The notes under the pieces: generated by a model
What the model saw: the letters and a program-made list of their open reading frames with translations, nothing else
What the model was told of the DNA's origin: nothing
The model's database searches: none
In this document: in pieces, positions 58,237 to 64,000 of the stretch
How positions within the stretch are numbered: position 1 is the stretch's first letter
Layout of the letters: the number at the start of each line of letters is the position of its first letter
Translations under genes and position numbers: made by a program
NCBI GenBank assembly: GCA_037189525.1
Contig: JBBCJC010000002.1
Span: 1,184,001-1,248,000, forward strand
Source: Gemmatimonadales bacterium
GTDB taxonomy: Bacteria > Gemmatimonadota > Gemmatimonadetes > Gemmatimonadales > GWC2-71-9
Direction: 5' to 3'
Length of the DNA stretch: 64,000 nt

Positions 58237-59124
58237 TCAGTGTGAGATGATCAATGACTGGTGCGTAGCCGCGCCGGCCATTGCCCCATCGCCCACGGCG
58301 AGTGAAACGGACCCGAACGGGCGCGCCGCGTCTCCGCAGGCAAAGACTCCGGCCACTGTCGTTGCCTTCAGCATATCGGTCTGAATGAACGAGCCTGCGG
58401 GCCCGTCCTCGAAGGCACAGCCCAGCTGCCGGGGGACCGGGCTTGCGATATGTATCCTCGGGATCGTGAACAGCCCATCGAGCGGGATCGTCCTTCCGTC
58501 GCCCAAAACCACCTCGGTGCGCGCGCCAGTAATGGCCACGACCGGCTCCCGTTCCACCGTCACACCTCGCGCCGCAAGCTGCGCCGACTGCTCGGCATCC
58601 GGTTCGAAGATGCCGTTGGTGAAGAAGGTCGTGGGACCCCAATCGGGCAGCAGGATGGCGTGATGCATGGACATGGGGCCGGTCGCCAGCACGCCGACCG
58701 GGCCCTGGTCGAGTTCGTAGCCATGACAGTAGGGGCAGTGGAACACGCTCTTGCCCCAGCGCTCCTGCAGGCCGGGAATTACCGGTAGCTCGTCGACCAC
58801 GCCGAGCGCCAGGACCAACCGCTTGGCGTGATAGTCCTGCCCGTCGGCCGTCACCGAGAATCCCGCCTCGATCTGGCGGGCCTCGGTGGCCGTCGCATCG
58901 AGCCATGTCACAGTCGGATAGGAGAGCAATTGGGCGCGCGCGTCGGCGATGATATCTCCTGGTGGCCGTCCGTCCTGGCCCAGGAATCCATGCGACGCAG
59001 CCGCAAACCGGTTGCGACGCACCCCGGCATCGATGACCAGAATGCTGCGCCGAGCTCGGGCCAGCTGCAGCGCTGCCGCGATCCCGGCATAGCTTCCGCC
59101 GACTACGATGATTTCGTACGACAT
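58237..59124 (-). CDS. Thioredoxin-reductase-like NAD(P)/FAD oxidoreductase
   Basis: VGGSYAG, RRNRFA..SHGFL, HCPYCHGYE, GVFACGD. Confidence 0.9.
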   Translation of the reverse strand: MSYEIIVVGGSYAGIAAALQLARARRSILVIDAGVRRNRFAAASHGFLGQDGRPPGDIIADARAQLLSYPTVTWLDATATEARQIEAGFSVTADGQDYHAKRLVLALGVVDELPVIPGLQERWGKSVFHCPYCHGYELDQGPVGVLATGPMSMHHAILLPDWGPTTFFTNGIFEPDAEQSAQLAARGVTVEREPVVAITGARTEVVLGDGRTIPLDGLFTIPRIHIASPVPRQLGCAFEDGPAGSFIQTDMLKATTVAGVFACGDAARPFGSVSLAVGDGAMAGAATHQSLIISH

Positions 59125-59231
59125 GATGTCCACCTCGCGTGCGGCGGTAGCTCGATTCCGTTCGGGGCTGTCTGTGTCGCCCAAGTCGCCCATGGCGGGT
59201 GGCCAACTCCGGGTAGGAACAGAGCGAATGT

Positions 59232-59261
59232 CATATATTGATAATATATTATCAGTATATG
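59232..59261. promoter_or_regulatory. 30-bp near-perfect AT-rich palindrome (operator)
   Basis: CATATATTGATAATA/TATTATCAGTATATG, one mismatch. Confidence 0.65.
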
Positions 59262-59765
59262 TTCAAGGTTCGTGCAGGATATGACGAGCGCCCGCTGGAC
59301 ATGACGGACGCTCGGAAATGCGGGATGGAGCAGGCCATGTAGGAATTGAAATCGGTCGCCCGGCTGCCCTCGTCGGTCCGACGGACAGCGGCAGCGTTCC
59401 CAAAATGTCCAACGGACCACGACGAACAACCCCGGATGAATTCTGTATCTTCGGCAATTCGCCTAATCAGTTCATGAAGGAATCGTAATCAAAAATTACT
59501 CTTTGTACTCGATACGCAGTGCGTAGCTGTCGAGTCGGCGCGACAGGTACAGCGAGACTATGGGCAAATTTCAGATGACGGCTGCCAAGAGGCTAGGGCC
59601 ATTCGGCCCTATATGCCGAATGGCGTCTGCGCAGCGCGGGACGCAACATCCCATGTCGCCACAACGACTTGCCGCCGCCAACCGCGCACGACACTCTCTT
59701 CATTGCCATCGGGCACGAGACGTGCTTTTCAGTTCGCCAACCTCGGCGATGGAGTGGTGGCGTTC

Positions 59766-60209
59766 ATGAAGTCGAATAATGTGGTAGCCCGATATCGTGA
59801 CGGTCGGATTCTCAAGGGGTCGAGCCTCAATATCGATCCCAACCGGCCGACCTTTCACCTTCGGACGGAGGATGATGGCGTCAAGATCCTCATGCTGCGC
59901 GAGCTGAAGGCGCTCTTCGTCGTAAAGGATCCGAACGGCAACGCAATGTTTGAGGAATCGTTCGACCCGACGCCTGGGGACGTTCGACTGCTTGGATCGA
60001 TCACGATCGCCGTGCACTTCGAGGATGGCGAAACGATCGTGGGAATGAGCCGCAGCTATCCACCGGTCGCATCGTCATTTTTCTTCATGGTGCCGATCGA
60101 TCCGAAAAGCAATAACATTCGAATCCTCGTCAACCTCGAGGCAGTGAAGGGCGTCGATCGCGTCGAGGTGGATGCACCGCCCGTTGCTCGGGCGGTGGGC
60201 AGTTCCTAG
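59766..60209 (+). CDS. Hypothetical protein (DUF6982-like)
   Basis: VVARYRDGRILKG, LKALF.VK, V.FEDGE.IVG, FF.VP.DPKSNN.R; two internal half-repeats. Confidence 0.6.
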   Translation: MKSNNVVARYRDGRILKGSSLNIDPNRPTFHLRTEDDGVKILMLRELKALFVVKDPNGNAMFEESFDPTPGDVRLLGSITIAVHFEDGETIVGMSRSYPPVASSFFFMVPIDPKSNNIRILVNLEAVKGVDRVEVDAPPVARAVGSS

Positions 60210-60356
60210 CCGCCGTCTATCATTCGGTGGGCGGGTGCAGGGCGCACCGTCGGATGTGATAGGTTGTGGGTGCCCAGCGGTCCGAGCTTGCGCGGCGCCC
60301 GGCAGCGTCCGGTTACCATAGGACGCTGCCGGACCTTCGGGGCTATGATAAGTCGG

Positions 60357-60587
60357 TCAGCAGCAGGAGCAGCTGGGACCGTGGCAGTCTCCCGTGTCCA
60401 TTCCCTGATCCGCCGCCGGCGCCGCCGCCCGCTTGGCGACGAGCGGACCTAGACCGCCGGTAATCACGCGCCGAATCGGGCGTCCGGTGTCCGGGTGCGT
60501 CTCGTACGGCGGCTCGCTGATCGCCTGCCGCAGTTCGAACACTTCGTCCGTGTCCTGATCGGCCGGAACGTAGAGGTAGGTCGGCAT
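60357..60587 (-). CDS. FmdB-family zinc-ribbon-like protein lacking the ribbon cysteines
   Basis: MPTYLY..FELRQ.ISEPP..THPDTGRPIRRVI; tail CHGPSCSCC; TGATG-coupled to the dipeptidase. Confidence 0.75.
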   Translation of the reverse strand: MPTYLYVPADQDTDEVFELRQAISEPPYETHPDTGRPIRRVITGGLGPLVAKRAAAPAADQGMDTGDCHGPSCSCC

Positions 60588-61849
60588 CAGGCTTTTCCGT
60601 CCAGCTGTCGAAGGGTCTTGGTTGACGGCGGACGCTCCTTCTGCAGGCGTGCCGCCACCCGCTCGGCCTGTTCCAACGCGCGCAGGATGTTCTCACCGGC
60701 CAGCTTGCGGAGGTCATCCTCGCTCCAGCCACGCCGCGCCAGCTCCGCAAACAGGGCTGGGTAGGTCGAGACGTCTTCCAGCCCCTCGATGACCGTGCTG
60801 ATCCCGTCGAAGTCGCCGCCGATCCCGATGTTGTCGACGCTCGCGATTTTGCGGATGTGTTCGATATGATCGGCGACATTCGCCAGGGTGACCCGCGGCC
60901 GCGGGTTCTTGGCTTCCCATTCCGCCAGCGCGCGGTGCTGGGCCGCGGTGTCGCTCGGGAAGCGGCGGCGGAACTCGACCGTGTTGCCCGCCCGCTGCGC
61001 GTTCCAGGTCGCGTACGCCTGCGACGTGAACATGTCGACGAACGTCACCATGATGACGCCGCCGTTGGCCGGCAGCTTGGCAAGGATCGAGTCGGGCACG
61101 TTGCGCGGCACGTCGGCCAGCTGCCGGGCGTTGGAGTGCGAGAACATGACCGGCGCTTCGCTGACCCGCAGCGCGTCGCTCATCGTACCCGCTGAAACAT
61201 GCGAGAGGTCGACCAGCATGCCCAGCCGGTTCATTTCGCGAATCACTTCCTCGCCGAATCGCGTCAGGCCGTTGTGGCGCATCGGGCCATTGTTGGCGTC
61301 GGCCCAGTCGAGCGTCACGTTGTGCGTCAGCGTCATGTAGCGGGCGCCCAGCGTGTAGTACGCCCGGAGCGCGCCAAGCGAGTTCTCGATCGCGTGGCCG
61401 CCCTCCATACCGAGCAGCGAGCCGATCCGTCCGGCCGCGAACGCCTGCCGCATGCAGAGGGCCGTCTCGCAATACTGCAGCACATCGGGATACTTCTCGA
61501 TGATCCGGCGCCCGATGTCGATCTGCTCGAGCTGGACCCGCGCGTAGCCCGAGTCGCCGATTTCGCCCGGGATGTAGACCGACCAGAACTGCCCGCCGAG
61601 CATGCCCTTCCGGAGCCGCGCGATGTCGGTGTGTCCCGGCGCCGTTTTGCGGATGTCGTATGCCTCGACGTCGCGCGTCATGGTGGGGTGCTCGCGGATC
61701 GCCCAGGGCAGATCGTTATGGCCGTCGATCAGGGGCGTCGTGCTGAGCACCCGGCGGGCCAGCTCGCGGTGCGCCTCGGTGACCTGCGCCGTGGCGAACG
61801 AGGCAGGCACCAGCGTGCCGAGCATGAGGAGCGAGAGGGGAACACGCAT
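60587..61849 (-). CDS. Membrane dipeptidase (peptidase M19)
   Basis: IDGHNDLPW, GGQFWSVY, MEGGH, VDLSH, FSHS, GIGGDFDG, GENILR. Confidence 0.92.
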   Translation of the reverse strand: MRVPLSLLMLGTLVPASFATAQVTEAHRELARRVLSTTPLIDGHNDLPWAIREHPTMTRDVEAYDIRKTAPGHTDIARLRKGMLGGQFWSVYIPGEIGDSGYARVQLEQIDIGRRIIEKYPDVLQYCETALCMRQAFAAGRIGSLLGMEGGHAIENSLGALRAYYTLGARYMTLTHNVTLDWADANNGPMRHNGLTRFGEEVIREMNRLGMLVDLSHVSAGTMSDALRVSEAPVMFSHSNARQLADVPRNVPDSILAKLPANGGVIMVTFVDMFTSQAYATWNAQRAGNTVEFRRRFPSDTAAQHRALAEWEAKNPRPRVTLANVADHIEHIRKIASVDNIGIGGDFDGISTVIEGLEDVSTYPALFAELARRGWSEDDLRKLAGENILRALEQAERVAARLQKERPPSTKTLRQLDGKA

Positions 61850-62045
61850 CAGGACCTCGGAATGGCGGAGACGGACGACGGAGAACAGAGATAATCTAGC
61901 TCGCCCGGCCGGCTCCTCGGAACCGACGGCCAGGGACGGTACTGGCGAAAGGACAGGGGGCAACGAGGCAGCAGGGGGCGCGGGGGCCTGAGCCGCCCGC
62001 GCCCGGCGCCGTTCACGAGGATCGGCGCCGGGCGGCAGCGGACGG

Positions 62046-63620
62046 TCAGTGGCGGTTCAGAACCTGCCCGGGCCGAGTGGCGGTGGTTCGGCCGTTCTCG
62101 AAGGCGACGGCGCCGTTGACGACTACGTAGCTCATGCCCTCGGAGATCTGGTGCGGCTGCTGATAGGTGGCGAGTTCGCGCACCGCGTCCAGGTCGAAGA
62201 TCGCGAGGTCGGCCTTGGCGCCGACCCGGATCTGGCCCCGATCGGACATCCGGAATACCGCGGCCGGAAGGGACGTCATGCTGCGAACGGCCTCTTCCAG
62301 GCTCAACACCTTCCGCTCCTTGACGTACAGGCGGAGCTTGCGGGGAAAGGTGCCGTAGGCGCGCGGATGGGGCACGCCCTCGCCCATGCGGACCAAGCCA
62401 CCGTCCGACGACGTGATGGTCCAAGGCTGCTTCATGAACGCGGCAATGTCATCCTCGATCATGTTGAAGGAGACCACACCGGAGCCGCCCGCCTTCAGGA
62501 TGGCGATCGCGGTCTCGACCGCGTCGGTGCCGCGCGCCGTGGCAATCTGCTGGAGCGTCTTGCCCTCGAGCGACGGATCGGCCTGATGCCGGCTCATCAT
62601 CAGCCGGTCGGCGCCCCCGCGCCGCGCCAGATTCACCCGCATCTCGGCGCGCAGGCGCTCGCGGTCCTTGGGGTCGTCGAAGCGCCGCCGCATGGCGCTG
62701 TCGCCGCCGACCTGGGCCCATCGCGGTACCAGCGCGGCGGACAATCCCGTGCTCGATGCATCCCAAGGGTACTGGTCGGCGAAAACTTCGACTCCGCGCG
62801 CGCGGGCCTGTTCGATCCGGTTGATCGCCGCCATCGAGAAGCCCCAGACATTGGGGCCGAGTGCTTTGATGTGGGTGACGATGCCGGGAAGCTTGGCCGT
62901 CTCCGCGATCTGGATGACCTCCTCGATCGCACCCAGCACACCGACCGAGTAGTCGCTTTCGTCGCGAATGTGGCTGCTGTAGACGCCCCGATGCTCCGCC
63001 GCGATCGTGGCGAGCGCGACCAGTTCGTCCGTCTTTGCGTAGCTGCCGGGGGCGTAGTAGGGTCCGGAAGAGAGACCGAACGCGCCGGCCTCCATGCCCT
63101 GGCGGACCAGGGTTCTCATCTCCGCCAGCTCGGCTGCATTCGGCGCGACGTCGGCCATGCCCAGCACCTTGAGCCGGATCGAGCCGTGGGGCACCATCAG
63201 GGCGACGTTGACGCCGATCCCGTGGGTGGTGAGGCGCTTGCGCTGCCCCGCGAGATCGGTGGGGCCGCCGCCGTCCGGGTTGACGACGACGGTCGTGATG
63301 CCCTGCGCCAGGAGCGGCAGCCCCGCGCCGAGTTCTCGATCTTCGAGTCCGGGGCCGGCGTGGGAGTGGACGTCGATGAAGCCCGGCGTCACGTAGCGAT
63401 CCTGGGCGTCGATCACCCGGCGCGCGGTCGCTTTCGAGAGGTCGCCGATGGCGGCAATCGCATCACCGCGAATCCCGATGTCACCGCGGATCCACGGATT
63501 GCCGTTGCCGTCGAGGACACGGCCGTTCCGGATGATCAGGTCGAACGACGCCTGTTGCGCTGTTGCCGGGCCGGCGGCCAGCAGCGTGAGTAGGAGCCCG
63601 GCGACGGCGGCACGCCTCAT
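62046..63620 (-). CDS. N-acyl-D-amino acid deacylase family amidohydrolase
   Basis: PGFIDVHSH, GLSSG..YAPG, SHIRDE, HIK, SDG, PHPRAYGTFPR, GAKADL. Confidence 0.9.
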   Translation of the reverse strand: MRRAAVAGLLLTLLAAGPATAQQASFDLIIRNGRVLDGNGNPWIRGDIGIRGDAIAAIGDLSKATARRVIDAQDRYVTPGFIDVHSHAGPGLEDRELGAGLPLLAQGITTVVVNPDGGGPTDLAGQRKRLTTHGIGVNVALMVPHGSIRLKVLGMADVAPNAAELAEMRTLVRQGMEAGAFGLSSGPYYAPGSYAKTDELVALATIAAEHRGVYSSHIRDESDYSVGVLGAIEEVIQIAETAKLPGIVTHIKALGPNVWGFSMAAINRIEQARARGVEVFADQYPWDASSTGLSAALVPRWAQVGGDSAMRRRFDDPKDRERLRAEMRVNLARRGGADRLMMSRHQADPSLEGKTLQQIATARGTDAVETAIAILKAGGSGVVSFNMIEDDIAAFMKQPWTITSSDGGLVRMGEGVPHPRAYGTFPRKLRLYVKERKVLSLEEAVRSMTSLPAAVFRMSDRGQIRVGAKADLAIFDLDAVRELATYQQPHQISEGMSYVVVNGAVAFENGRTTATRPGQVLNRH

Positions 63621-64000
63621 CGCCGCCGCCCCGTTTCGATCGAGAGATTGACGAGCTCACGGAACCGCCCGATGGGGTTCGGGCCGGCAGGGGTTTGCGT
63701 GAAGACCATGGCGAATAGCTCCCGGGAAGGATCGACCCAGGCAAAGGTACCATCGGATCCGCCATGGGAGTACTGGCCTTCGGGGGTCACGGTCCAGCCG
63801 TAGCCGTAGCCCGACTGCTCACCGTCGCTGCCTGCGCCGCCGCCCATCGAGACGCCCATGTCGGTCGTCTGCCGCCGGATCCCGGCCTTGACGGTCTCTT
63901 CCTTGAGGATCCGCTTGCCGTTGTAGATGCCACCGTTCAGATACATCTGGAGGAAGATGGCGTAGTCCCACGCGGTCGAGATCATCCCGCCGGACGCGCG
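63617..64000 (-). CDS. Serine hydrolase/beta-lactamase family protein, C-terminal part only
   Basis: GGMISTAWDYAIFLQMYLNGG, YGYGW, SHGGSDGT.AWVDP; 5' end lies outside the window. Confidence 0.85.
   Translation of the reverse strand, partial: RASGGMISTAWDYAIFLQMYLNGGIYNGKRILKEETVKAGIRRQTTDMGVSMGGGAGSDGEQSGYGYGWTVTPEGQYSHGGSDGTFAWVDPSRELFAMVFTQTPAGPNPIGRFRELVNLSIETGRRR

Noticed and set aside
59270..59765. Lower-GC intergenic stretch with GGCAAA, checked as a c-di-GMP riboswitch or IS remnant
   Set aside because: The other riboswitch elements, terminal repeats and transposase fragments are not evident.
62001..62033. 11-bp GC hairpin between the amidohydrolase and dipeptidase genes
   Set aside because: No U-tract and only one copy, so it cannot be called a terminator or REP.

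Overview
High-GC bacterial window. The gene style (PadR + ADOP-type permeases, DUF5916 and CehA/McbA proteins, -AQQ signal peptides) suggests Gemmatimonadota; this is an inference. No rRNA, tRNA, CRISPR array, transposase or integrase is visible. Left third (1-24.4 kb): a truncated Ig-repeat lipoprotein, comEA-pilB-pilT-pilC, a padR-ADOP pair, small transporters/enzymes, an rtcB operon, an outer-membrane barrel, tsdA plus a Tat-exported DsrE-like protein, hslR, and pilS-pilR followed by methyltransferase/GT2/GT-C genes. The rtcB operon carries an unannotated sigma70 promoter, a 31-aa leader peptide and a terminator/antiterminator switch, i.e. a candidate ribosome-sensing attenuator. Centre (24.4-56.5 kb): a ~32 kb candidate zinc-starvation island. 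It holds a CxxC/RSPP arrest-type leader ORF, a DUF3526-type ABC system, a COG0523 GTPase, Cys-free L33, a TonB receptor-DUF4876-DUF6850 module, tandem Fur-family regulators, three DUF3299-like paralogs, a Zrg-like ABC system and several secreted hydrolases. Six promoter regions in the island share a dyad of the form GATAAY-N8-RTTATC, which is spaced differently from the classical Fur box. Right end: phyH/gntR, an FAD oxidoreductase, a hypothetical protein and an amidohydrolase/dipeptidase operon. All family assignments come from motif recognition by eye, not from database searches.
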